Assembly: GCA_963837155.1 (NCBI GenBank)
Contig: CAWIMB010000002.1
Coordinates: 151,144 to 215,143 of the forward strand
Direction of reading: 5' to 3'
DNA: 64,000 bases
Origin: an uncultured Actinomycetes bacterium
GTDB lineage: Bacteria > Actinomycetota > Acidimicrobiia > IMCC26256 > PALSA-610
Part shown: in pieces, positions 9,467-18,232 of the stretch
Position numbering within the stretch: position 1 is the stretch's first letter
Layout: every line of letters starts with the position of its first letter
Notes under the pieces: model-generated
What the model saw: only the letters and a program-made list of their open reading frames with translations
What the model was told of the DNA's origin: nothing
The model's database searches: none
Position numbers and translations under genes: made by a program

Positions 9467-10284
9467 TCGTGGACCTCCCCGCGCATCCGGCTGCGCATTT
9501 CGGCATCAAGAACGAAGACCGGTAAGTCGTCCGCGCCGACGAACGAGGGCTTGACCGACGCCCCGCCGTCCACGGCGAGCGTATGCCCCGTCACGAAGCT
9601 GGCGAGATCGGAACACAAGAAGAGTGCCGCGCTCGCGGTGTCCTCCGGGGTGCCCCGGCGACGCAACGGGATCGTGGCCATGTCCTCGGGTCGATTGCTG
9701 GCGTGTTCGGATTCGCTCTTGGGGGTGCGCACGGTGCCGCCCGCGACTGCGTTCACGCGAATACCGGCGCGGCCCCACTCGACCGCTTGGCTGCGTGCCA
9801 GCGCGAGCGGTCCGGCTTTGGCGACGGCGTAGGCCGCGCCGTAGGGCATCGCGCTGAGTCCTGCGATCGACGCGATGTAGACGATGCTGCCTGGGCGCTC
9901 GGCGGCAAGCATGCGCCGCGCGACTGACTGCGAGGTCGAGAGGGCGGCACGGAGGTTGAGGCCGAGGACCGCGTCGAACGTCTCGAGCGGAATCCTCTCG
10001 GTCGGAGCCCACTGGTCGACGCGGAGGCCGCCGGCGACGTGCACGAGACCGTCCAGCGGTCCGACATCCGCGAGCGCGGCTTCGAGTGCGTCAGGGTCGC
10101 GGACATCGACGACTCGCGGAATGGCCACGTCGACGTGCGCCAGACGCTCGGCATCGATGTCGAGGCCGACGACGCTCGCCCCCGACGCGGTGAGCATCCG
10201 TGCGGTGGCAGTGCCGATTCCACCGCCGCCGGCACCGGCGACGACGATCGTTCGGCCGCTGAGATCGACCTCAATGCCTGGCAT
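9463..10284 (-). CDS. SDR family oxidoreductase
   Basis: ATG at 10284 inside ORF 9463..10512. Rossmann motif VVAGAGGGGIG and YAVAK catalytic pair. The upstream part of the ORF is Arg/Pro junk. Confidence 0.85.
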   Translation of the reverse strand: MPGIEVDLSGRTIVVAGAGGGGIGTATARMLTASGASVVGLDIDAERLAHVDVAIPRVVDVRDPDALEAALADVGPLDGLVHVAGGLRVDQWAPTERIPLETFDAVLGLNLRAALSTSQSVARRMLAAERPGSIVYIASIAGLSAMPYGAAYAVAKAGPLALARSQAVEWGRAGIRVNAVAGGTVRTPKSESEHASNRPEDMATIPLRRRGTPEDTASAALFLCSDLASFVTGHTLAVDGGASVKPSFVGADDLPVFVLDAEMRSRMRGEVHE

Positions 10285-10307
10285 GGACGCATCGTTACCA
10301 TGCGCTC

Positions 10308-10877
10308 GTGCTGGTTGTCGTGGACAACAATGGAATCGCAGAAGCCTTGCAACGAGTGGGCTTCGACGTGATTCCGGCGTTCCCGGACGTTTTCGACGCG
10401 CTGGTGCACGTGCCGGACGTGAGCGCGGTGGAGCCGACGCCGATCGCGGACATCGACAACAGCGAGTGGGATCGTCGCGGCGAAGTCGTACTGCGCGACG
10501 CGTTGCACGCATGCCAGGCCGCGTACGCCGCGATGCGCGGGCGAGGTGGCCGCATCGTGCTGGTCACGCCGACGGTCGGCCTCGTCGGCGGGGCAGGCGT
10601 CGCGCCGTTCGCGATGGCCGTCGAGGGCATGCGCACGCTCGCCAAGGCCGCCGCTCGGCAATGGGGGAGCGCAGGCATCACGGTGAACTGCGTCGCGCCG
10701 TCGCTCGACGTGCTCGGCGGCGGCGCCGACCTCGCATCGACCGCGGCCCCTGCGCTGGGCCGGGCCGCGACGATGGCCGACCTCGTTGCAGTCATCGTGG
10801 CGCTGCTCGGCGACATGGGCGCGGCAGTGACCGGGACGACGATCACCGTGGACGGGGGGCGGGTGATGGCGCCGTGA
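10308..10877 (+). CDS. SDR-like protein lacking the cofactor and catalytic motifs (probable non-catalytic subunit)
   Basis: ORF 10308..10877 aligns by eye to the SDR core (ITVNCVAPS, TGTTITVDGG). It has no TGxxxGxG, and the YxxxK position reads FAMAV. Confidence 0.6.
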   Translation: MLVVVDNNGIAEALQRVGFDVIPAFPDVFDALVHVPDVSAVEPTPIADIDNSEWDRRGEVVLRDALHACQAAYAAMRGRGGRIVLVTPTVGLVGGAGVAPFAMAVEGMRTLAKAAARQWGSAGITVNCVAPSLDVLGGGADLASTAAPALGRAATMADLVAVIVALLGDMGAAVTGTTITVDGGRVMAP

Positions 10878-11608
10878 GGGGCGTCGTCGTCACGGGTGCG
10901 GGCGCGGGTGTCGGCCGGGGAATCGCACTGGCTTGTGCGGCCGAGGGCATGTTCGTCGTGGTGGCGTCACCGCGCGACAACGGCGCGCAGACGGTCGAGC
11001 TCATCGAGGCGGGCGGCGGTCGCGCGGTGTGGGTGCCGTGCGACGTGACCGTGCGCGCCGATATCGAGCGCGCGGTCGCCGAGGCTGGCGACCTGCACAC
11101 GTTCGTGCACAACGCGGCGAGCCGGCGTTCGAGCGAGTCGGTGCGATTGGAAGACGTCGACGATGCGCTCTGGGAAGAGCATGCGAGCGTGTCGCTGCGC
11201 GGCGCGTACTTCGCCGCCCAGGCCGCGCTCCCGGGGTTGCAGGCCACGCACGGCCGCTTCGTGTTGCTGACGTCGGCGGCTGGGATCGAAGCCAGCCCGA
11301 CGCGCCCTGCGTACTCGATCGTGAAAGGCGCGTTGCGAGGCTTCGGCAAGAGCCTGGCGCAGGAGTGGGGGCCACTCGGTGTGCGCGTCGCGATGGTGTC
11401 GCCGCTCGCCGCGACTGACGCAATGGCGAACGCGATGCTCGCCGACGCCACACTCGAAGCGCGCCTGACAAGCCGCATCCCGCTCCAGCGCTTCGGTGAT
11501 CCGACCGCGGACATCGGACCGGTCGTCGCGTTCCTGTGCAGCGACGCCGCCGGATACATCACCGGCCAAACGGTGGTTGTCGACGGCGGCCGCTTCATGG
11601 GACTCTAG
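10874..11608 (+). CDS. SDR family oxidoreductase
   Basis: GTG at 10874 (GTGA overlap with the previous stop) inside ORF 9884..11608: VVVTGAGAGVGRG...YSIVK...ITGQTVVVDGG. Confidence 0.85.
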   Translation: MRGVVVTGAGAGVGRGIALACAAEGMFVVVASPRDNGAQTVELIEAGGGRAVWVPCDVTVRADIERAVAEAGDLHTFVHNAASRRSSESVRLEDVDDALWEEHASVSLRGAYFAAQAALPGLQATHGRFVLLTSAAGIEASPTRPAYSIVKGALRGFGKSLAQEWGPLGVRVAMVSPLAATDAMANAMLADATLEARLTSRIPLQRFGDPTADIGPVVAFLCSDAAGYITGQTVVVDGGRFMGL

Positions 11609-11609
11609 C

Positions 11610-11658
11610 GAGACGACAGCGCAGCGACCGGAGGGGAGCGGAGCGTGGAGTCGACCCA
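11610..11658 (+). repeat. purine-rich intergenic repeat, family D copy 1
   Basis: 49 nt directly after the SDR stop and 12 nt before the nitrilase ATG. 41/49 identical to 26495..26543. Confidence 0.7.
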
Positions 11659-11670
11659 GAAATCATCGTC

Positions 11671-12654
11671 ATGATTCCTGCGCAGTATGCCGAGTTCGAG
11701 CAAGTTGTCAGCGTCGGATGCGTGAACTTCGCGCGGGGCGCTTCGAAGGAGCTCACGCTCGCGAAGGTCGACGCGAACATTCGTGAGGCCGCAGCCCAGG
11801 GCATCGACATCGTCGTCTTCCCCGAAGGCGCGCTGACCGGTCCGGTCGACTGTTCGTGCCGTTTCGACGGCGGCGCGTGCTCGAGCCATCGCGAGCTCGC
11901 CGAGACCGTGCCCGGGCCCGCGAGCGAACACGTGGCGGCTTTGGCGCGCGAGCTCGATGTGTACGTGGTCTTCGGGCTCGCGGAGCGCGATGCCGACGAC
12001 GCGAGCGTGCTCTACAACGCGTCGGCGGTCGTCGGGCCCGAAGGCATCCTCGGCACGTACCGCAAGGTGCACCTCGGCACGCTGCCGTGGGTGACCGAAG
12101 GCATCACGTACCGGCCGGGGTCGTCGCTGCCGGTGTTCCCGACGCGTTTCGGCCCGATCGGCGTCCTGATCTGTTACGACTTCTGGTTCAACCCCGAGCT
12201 GAGCCGCATTCTCGCGTTGAAAGGCGCGCGGCTCCTCCTGAACACGTGCGGCACGTTCAAGGGCCCGGGCAAGCGCGACTACATGGTGCAGACCACGGCC
12301 GTGCGTGCTCAGGAGAACCTTGTGTACGCGGCGAGCGCCAACCTTGTCGGTGGCCGCGAGCGCGCGGACTACTCGGCCGAGCACCTCGATGAGCAGCGAG
12401 CCGACGACTACTTGGGTCACAGCGTGATCGCAGGCCCCGCGTTCCCGCGCTTCAGTCAGATCCTCGTCGAGGCGGGAGACACCGAGGAGTTGGTGAGCGC
12501 GACGCTGAGCTTCGAGAAGCTGCACCGATGGGAGCCGATCTTCCCGATGCGCGAGTGGCACGCCGGCCGTCAGCTCGCGGCGTCCAAGCTGATCGCCGAC
12601 GAGTTCACCGCCCTGGCCTCGCAGCACGCAACGGCCACGCGGGGGCGTGTTTGA
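11671..12654 (+). CDS. carbon-nitrogen hydrolase (nitrilase superfamily)
   Basis: ATG at 11671 inside ORF 11536..12654: IVVFPEGALTG...YRKVHL...LICYDFWFNPE (E-K-C triad context). Confidence 0.85.
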   Translation: MIPAQYAEFEQVVSVGCVNFARGASKELTLAKVDANIREAAAQGIDIVVFPEGALTGPVDCSCRFDGGACSSHRELAETVPGPASEHVAALARELDVYVVFGLAERDADDASVLYNASAVVGPEGILGTYRKVHLGTLPWVTEGITYRPGSSLPVFPTRFGPIGVLICYDFWFNPELSRILALKGARLLLNTCGTFKGPGKRDYMVQTTAVRAQENLVYAASANLVGGRERADYSAEHLDEQRADDYLGHSVIAGPAFPRFSQILVEAGDTEELVSATLSFEKLHRWEPIFPMREWHAGRQLAASKLIADEFTALASQHATATRGRV

Positions 12655-12684
12655 GGTGCGAAAAACGCACCTCAAACACGCCCC
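12642..12684. terminator. 19-bp perfect hairpin, repeat family A copy 1 (bidirectional terminator-like)
   Basis: GGGGCGTGTTTGAGGTGCG-AAAAA-CGCACCTCAAACACGCCCC between convergent genes. The nitrilase stop TGA lies in the left arm. Near-identical element at 46237..46279. Confidence 0.7.
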
Positions 12685-12689
12685 AGTGA

Positions 12690-13161
12690 TCAGGCGCGGG
12701 CGTCGGCGGTGAAGACGTCGAGCAACAGGCGGATCGCCTCGTCGACCTGTGCGACCTCATCAGTTGACAATGCCTTGATGATGCGCTTGCGAGCGCGGGC
12801 GTAGGCCGCGCTCGGCGCGCTTGGCCGTCTGCAATCCGGTGTCGGTGAGGCGGACGACGACCTTGCGCCGGTCGCCGCGGTCGGAACCCCGCTCGACGAG
12901 CGCGTCGCGTTCCAGCCGGTCGAGGATCTGGGTCATCCCACCGCTCGACCGCAACACGATGTCGCTCAACTCGCCGGGCGTCATCTCGTACGGAGGGCCC
13001 GCGAGCTGGAGCACGCGCAACACCGAATAGTCGATGAATCTCAGGCCGAACTCGTCGAGGCATTGGTGCTGGAACGCATCGAGCAGCAGGCCGACACGCG
13101 TCAGTCGAGTGAACAAGCCCATCGGCCCGGGCTCGGAGAGATACCGCGCTTCGATGCTCAC
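12690..13161 (-). pseudogene. MarR family transcriptional regulator, frameshifted near the C-terminus as assembled
   Basis: GTG at 13161 makes a GTGA overlap with the TauD stop. The wHTH core (RVLQLAGPPYEMTPGELS...LVERGSDRGDRRKVVVRLT) lies in ORF 12760..13611. The natural tail AAYARARKRIIKALSTDEVAQVDEAIRLLLDVFTADARA is in another frame and ends at 12690. Span is 472 nt = 3n+1, with the shift near 12805-12818. Confidence 0.75.
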
Positions 13162-13982
13162 CGGGCGGGCGGTCCTGCGATCGTCACCCGGCGCATCATT
13201 CGGCGCTCGTGATAGTCGGGGACGGCATTGTGCTGTACCGCCCGGTTGTCCCAGAAGGCGAGCGACCCCGGTTCCCACCGGAAGCGGCACTGGAACTCGG
13301 GCGCGCGCACGAAGTCGCACAGCCACGGCAGCAACAGCTCGTTCTCGCGCTCGGACACCCCGACGAGATGCGACGTGGAGTTGCGATTCACGAACAGCGC
13401 CTTGCGGCCGGTCTCGGGATGGGTCACTGCGACGCGGTGCTCGACCGGTGGGCACTTCTGTTGCGTCTCCGCGATGTCGAGCGTGCTGTGGCCGTCGCGA
13501 ATGGCCTTGTGCAGCACCTTGGTGATGTCGTGGACAGCAGTAAGGGTGTCGACGAACGCGCGCATCGGTTCCGACAAGGCTTCGTACGCCGCGTACATGC
13601 TTGCGAAGCATGTGTCGCCGCCGACCGCCGGCAACTGAACCGCGCGCAGCAGCGAGCCCATCGGCGGTTCGGCGAGGAACGTGTTGTCACTGTGCCACAC
13701 GTCGGCGCCTTCACCTTTGGGGTTGACCTGATCCAGGACGACGACCGCGTCGCTGTCCTGATACTTGGTGGCGAGCGGCGAGACATGCAGGGGACCGAAC
13801 CGGAGAGCGAATGCGAGATGCTGCGCGTCGTCGATGTGCTGGTCGCGGAAGAACAGCACGAGATGGTCGAGCAAGGCCTTGCGGATCGCGTCGACCGTGC
13901 CGTCGTCGAGCTCGTCGCGCAGGTCGACGCCGTGCACCTCGGCGCCGATGGTGGCGGTCACGGGCCGAATGTCGATCGTCAC
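13158..13982 (-). CDS. TauD/TfdA family Fe(II)/2-oxoglutarate dioxygenase
   Basis: GTG at 13982 preceded by GGAAAGGAG, inside ORF 13158..14828: WHSDNTF...FWDNRAVQH. Confidence 0.85.
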   Translation of the reverse strand: MTIDIRPVTATIGAEVHGVDLRDELDDGTVDAIRKALLDHLVLFFRDQHIDDAQHLAFALRFGPLHVSPLATKYQDSDAVVVLDQVNPKGEGADVWHSDNTFLAEPPMGSLLRAVQLPAVGGDTCFASMYAAYEALSEPMRAFVDTLTAVHDITKVLHKAIRDGHSTLDIAETQQKCPPVEHRVAVTHPETGRKALFVNRNSTSHLVGVSERENELLLPWLCDFVRAPEFQCRFRWEPGSLAFWDNRAVQHNAVPDYHERRMMRRVTIAGPPAR

Positions 13983-14069
13983 GGGACTCCTTTCCGCCCT
14001 CTGGCCTGACGGGCGGCTCCCGGTTATTGTCTCGCTCCTAAGATTCTTGCACAAGGGAGATCTGCGCAG

Positions 14070-14525
14070 ATGGCCGCCAGCCCGCGCTTTGCCCACCTCG
14101 ACGACCTCACGTGGCAGGAAGTGCGGAGGATGCGCCAGGACGATCGCACGATGTCGGTGCGCGAGAAGTGGCTCGACTTCTCGCCGGCATTCCTGTCGCT
14201 CTACGCGAAGTGGGATCCGGGCATGATCGTGCAGCCGCACGGCCACAACAGCAATCACGTCGTGTTCGTGCTCGACGGCGAAATGACGTGCGGCGACGTT
14301 GTGTGTCGCAAGGGCACGCACATCGCGCTCGATCAAGGTGACACGTTCGGGCCGTTCGTTGCGGGCGCCGAAGGGGTCGAGCTCTTCGAAGTGATGATGG
14401 GCGACCCGCGGTCGTTCCCGGCCGATCCCGAGGGATACGCGAAGTTCCTCGCCGACCGCGGCGCCGAACAGATGCCGAACCCTCCGATCGACATGCCCGA
14501 CTGGATCCAGGATACGCGGAGCTGA
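14070..14525 (+). CDS. cupin domain protein
   Basis: ORF 14070..14525: IVQPHGHNSNHVVFVLDGEM. Confidence 0.7.
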   Translation: MAASPRFAHLDDLTWQEVRRMRQDDRTMSVREKWLDFSPAFLSLYAKWDPGMIVQPHGHNSNHVVFVLDGEMTCGDVVCRKGTHIALDQGDTFGPFVAGAEGVELFEVMMGDPRSFPADPEGYAKFLADRGAEQMPNPPIDMPDWIQDTRS

Positions 14526-14527
14526 CC

Positions 14528-15472
14528 GTGTCGGCTCCGTTCGCGCGCGGCACTGTCTCATTCCGCAGTTACCCGCACGACGGGCTCGACGCGACCGCGA
14601 TCGTCGACGAGCTGCGCGGGCAAGCGGCAATGGCAGTTGCCCACGGTTTCGACGGCGTGATGACCAGCGAACATCACGGCGGCTTCCCTGGCTACCTCCC
14701 GAATCCACTGCAACTCGCCGGCTTCCTGCTCGACGCGATGCCGGCCGGCTGGGCCGCGCCGTGTCCGTTGCTGCTGCCCCTGCGTCCGGCCGCGCTCGTG
14801 GCAGAAGAGACAGCGTGGCTCGCTGCACGTTTTCCGGGTCGCGTAGGTCTCGGTGTCGCAGCGGGCGCGCTGCCAGTGGATTTCGAGATCATGGACGTGA
14901 CGATGGACGACCTCGCCGCGCGCTTCGGCCGGGCGCTCGACATCGTCACGAGCGCCCTGCGCGGTGTGGTCGACGGTCCGCTCGCAGCCGATCCCGCGAT
15001 CGCACGGTGCGCAGCCCGACCGATACCAGTGCTGAGTGCGGGCGCGAGCCTCACCGCGGCGCGCCGGGCCGCGCGTACGGGCACGGGATTGCTGTTCGAC
15101 TCGCTCGTCACGCCGGCTCGCGCGCGCGAACTGGTCGACGCGTACCGGGCCGCGGGCGGGAGCAGTACCTGCGTGCTGATCCGGCGCGTGTGGCTCGGTG
15201 ACCCGCCGCAGGCCGACGTCGATCGTCAGGTGGACGTCTACCGCAGCTATGCCCCCTCGAACGCGCCGTCGCATTGGGGTGCGAACGAGATGGCGACAGG
15301 CGAGTCGGCCGACCTCGTCGCCAAGCAACTTGTTGACGCAATGCAGACCGCGGGCGCCGATGCGCTGAACGTTCGCGTGCACGTGCCGGGTGTCAGTGTC
15401 GAGGCCGCGCGCGAACAGATCGCGAGCGTCGGCGACGCGGTGCTGCCGCTCGTGAAGGAGAGCTTGCGATGA
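14528..15472 (+). CDS. LLM-class flavin-dependent oxidoreductase (luciferase-like)
   Basis: ORF 14528..15472 (GTG start): GFDGVMTSEHHGG. Confidence 0.8.
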   Translation: MSAPFARGTVSFRSYPHDGLDATAIVDELRGQAAMAVAHGFDGVMTSEHHGGFPGYLPNPLQLAGFLLDAMPAGWAAPCPLLLPLRPAALVAEETAWLAARFPGRVGLGVAAGALPVDFEIMDVTMDDLAARFGRALDIVTSALRGVVDGPLAADPAIARCAARPIPVLSAGASLTAARRAARTGTGLLFDSLVTPARARELVDAYRAAGGSSTCVLIRRVWLGDPPQADVDRQVDVYRSYAPSNAPSHWGANEMATGESADLVAKQLVDAMQTAGADALNVRVHVPGVSVEAAREQIASVGDAVLPLVKESLR

Positions 15473-15843
15473 CCCGACACATCTACCGCTTCGACGACAT
15501 TGACTGGCACGTGCCGCTCGGCCCGGGCACCGATCCGGGCGTCGCCCGAGCGGCGGCCGACCGGGGTGTCGGTCGCAAGTTCCTCGCGCAAGGCGATGCC
15601 GGTTTCTTCGCGCAAGTCGTGCGGTTTCCCGCGAACTTCGAAGCGCCCGCGCACAGCCACGACCATGCCGAGGTTTTCGTGGTGTTGGAAGGCAGCTGCA
15701 TGTTCGACAGCGAGCCGATGACGCGACACGACTCGACGGTCGTGGAGGCCAACGAGAGGTACGGCTTCACCGCCGGGTCGGAGGGACTTACCTTCCTCGT
15801 CGTGCGCACCGGGAAGGCCGCGTTCCAAGGCGCGTCCGCGTGA
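15469..15843 (+). CDS. cupin domain protein
   Basis: ORF 15469..15843: FPANFEAPAHSHDHAEVFVVLEGSC. ATGA overlap with the upstream gene. Confidence 0.8.
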   Translation: MTRHIYRFDDIDWHVPLGPGTDPGVARAAADRGVGRKFLAQGDAGFFAQVVRFPANFEAPAHSHDHAEVFVVLEGSCMFDSEPMTRHDSTVVEANERYGFTAGSEGLTFLVVRTGKAAFQGASA

Positions 15844-17561
15844 CCGACTTCGACTTGGTCGTCCGCGACGGCCTGGTCGTCGACGGCATCGGGCTGCCGC
15901 GCCGCCGGGTCGACGTCGGCGTGCGCGGCGGCAGGATCGCCGCTCTTGCGCGTCTCGACGGCGCGACCGCCGACCGGCAGATCGATGCCTCCGGCTTGAT
16001 CGTCGCGCCGGGCATCGTCGACGTGCACACGCACTACGACCCGCAGATCACCTTCGATCCGTATGCGACCGTCTCGTGCTTCCACGGTGTCACCACGGTG
16101 ATCGCCGGCAACTGCGGGTTTTCGGTCGCGCCGTGCCGGGTCGACGACCGCCCGTTCCTCTCGGGAATCTTCGCTCGGGTCGAGAACATGGATCCGATCG
16201 CGTTGAGCGCGATCACGTGGGATGAATTCGAATCGTTCGGTGACTTCCTCGCGTCCCGGCGCGGCAAGTTGGGCGTGAACTTTGGCTGCTATGTCGGCCA
16301 TTCGAATCTGCGGCGGTGGGTGATGGGCGAGGACGCGTCACGGCGCGCCGCGACCGACGCCGAGATCGCGGCGATGCGTGTCATGGTGCGCGACGCGATG
16401 GCGGCGGGCGCGGCGGGACTGTCGTCGAGCGCGGCGCCGACGCACCTCGACCTCGATGATCGCCCGGTGCCGTCGCGTCTCGCCGACCGGCGCGAGCTCC
16501 TCGCCCTCGCCGAGGAGGCGGGCCGGGCCGGTGCCGGTTCGATCGCGTTCTTACCCGCGAGCGCGATCGGCGGCCTCGACCACGACGACGAGGAGTACCT
16601 GATCGCGCTCTCGCGCGTGAGCGGCTTGCCGGTGATCATCCAGGGTCTCGGCGGCCGCAACAAGGTCGACGCACCGACCGCGACGTGGGACGCGGCGCAA
16701 ACGTTCCTCGACCGCGCCACCGCGCAGGGCGCGCCGGTGTATTCGCTGCTGATCACGCGTCCGTTCGACCGGCCCGTTGTGCTCGACGAGACCAACCATC
16801 ACTACCTCGCGGTGTCGTCGTGGGAACGCATGTTGAAGCTGCCGCATGCCGAGCGCGTGCGCGTGCTCAATGATCAGGCGACGCGTGAGGAGATGCGGAA
16901 TGCGGTCGAGAACTACAACCGCGACCCCGCACGCGGCACAACCGTGCCGCCGCCGCTGTGGAGCGCCGTGTTCGTTGACGTCGTTGCCAAGCCCGAGCAC
17001 CAGCAGTTCCAAGGGCGGTCCATACGTGACATCGCGGATGAACGCGGTGTCGCGCCTGCGGACGCCATGCTCGACCTCGCCCTCGCCGAAGATCTGGCGA
17101 CGCAGTTCCGCTGGCGTACGGAGAGTCCCGAATGGACTGCCGCGGTCGGCGAGGCCCAGCGCGACGCGCGCATGCTGATCGGAGTATCGGACGGCGGCGC
17201 GCATCTTGCCCGCGACGACGGCGCCGACTGGAGCTCGTACTTCCTGCGCTCGTGGGTGCTCGACCGCAAGGTATGGACGCTCGAAGACGGCATCCGCCAG
17301 ATCACGCAGGTGCCGGCCGCGCTCGCGGGGCTGCACGATCGCGGCACGCTCACTCCCGGCGGACCCGCCGACCTGTTCGTGTTCGACCCGAGCACGATCG
17401 GACCGTGGCGGAAGGAGTTCGTGCACGATCTCCCCGGCGGCGTCGGCCGGTTCAAGGCGTGGGGCCAGGGCGTGCAGGCAACCGTCGTCAACGGCGTGCC
17501 GATCGTGCTCGACGGGGTGCTCTGTGACGCGCTCCCGGGCCAGGTGGTCCGCCCGACATGA
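15840..17561 (+). CDS. N-acyl-D-amino-acid deacylase family amidohydrolase (D-aminoacylase-like)
   Basis: ORF 15840..17561: DLVVRDGLVVDG...APGIVDVHTHYD...GVSDGGAH. Confidence 0.85.
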   Translation: MTDFDLVVRDGLVVDGIGLPRRRVDVGVRGGRIAALARLDGATADRQIDASGLIVAPGIVDVHTHYDPQITFDPYATVSCFHGVTTVIAGNCGFSVAPCRVDDRPFLSGIFARVENMDPIALSAITWDEFESFGDFLASRRGKLGVNFGCYVGHSNLRRWVMGEDASRRAATDAEIAAMRVMVRDAMAAGAAGLSSSAAPTHLDLDDRPVPSRLADRRELLALAEEAGRAGAGSIAFLPASAIGGLDHDDEEYLIALSRVSGLPVIIQGLGGRNKVDAPTATWDAAQTFLDRATAQGAPVYSLLITRPFDRPVVLDETNHHYLAVSSWERMLKLPHAERVRVLNDQATREEMRNAVENYNRDPARGTTVPPPLWSAVFVDVVAKPEHQQFQGRSIRDIADERGVAPADAMLDLALAEDLATQFRWRTESPEWTAAVGEAQRDARMLIGVSDGGAHLARDDGADWSSYFLRSWVLDRKVWTLEDGIRQITQVPAALAGLHDRGTLTPGGPADLFVFDPSTIGPWRKEFVHDLPGGVGRFKAWGQGVQATVVNGVPIVLDGVLCDALPGQVVRPT

Positions 17562-18232
17562 ACGACGTGAACGTCTTCGATGCGATCTCCGGCTTGCGCG
17601 CGACACGCATCTATGACGGCCGGCCGGTACCGGCTGAGAGCCTCACTCGCATTCTCGAAGCTGCGACCCGCGCGTGCAGTTCGGGGAACACGCAACCGTG
17701 GGAGTTCGTCGTCGTCACGGATCCCGATCGCAAGGAGCAGCTGCAATCGATGTTGCGCGACGCGTTCGCGGCCGTCGACGCGCAGCGCGCACAGTCAGCC
17801 GATCAGCTCATCGACGGCGCGGGCCGGCCGGTCACAGGTCATGCCGCGGTCGAGAACGTGCACAACGCCGGCGCACTCGTGTTCGTGTTCTGGAATCCCG
17901 ACCGGGGCATCCGGATGCAAGGCGAGTACGAGGCGCGTCCCGACGGCACGCTGCGCCAGACACGCCCGATGCCGGGCGGCCGCGGCGCCAGCCTCTTTCC
18001 TGCCTGCCAGAACATGATGCTGGCCGCGCATGCGCTCGGAGTCTCTTCGTTGTTCACGACGTTCTTCGGGCTCGTCGAGCCGGGAGTGAAGGAGCGGCTC
18101 CACGTGCCGCCGCGCCTCTTCCTCGAATCGTGCGTGTTCCTCGGGTACGGCGCCGAAGCGCTCGGCAAGCCGCGCCGGAAGCCGCTCTTCGAGGTCGCGC
18201 ACCTCAACGACTGGGAGACGCCGTATTCGTGA
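17558..18232 (+). CDS. nitroreductase family protein
   Basis: ORF 17558..18232: ATRACSSGNTQPWEFVVV. Confidence 0.85.
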   Translation: MNDVNVFDAISGLRATRIYDGRPVPAESLTRILEAATRACSSGNTQPWEFVVVTDPDRKEQLQSMLRDAFAAVDAQRAQSADQLIDGAGRPVTGHAAVENVHNAGALVFVFWNPDRGIRMQGEYEARPDGTLRQTRPMPGGRGASLFPACQNMMLAAHALGVSSLFTTFFGLVEPGVKERLHVPPRLFLESCVFLGYGAEALGKPRRKPLFEVAHLNDWETPYS

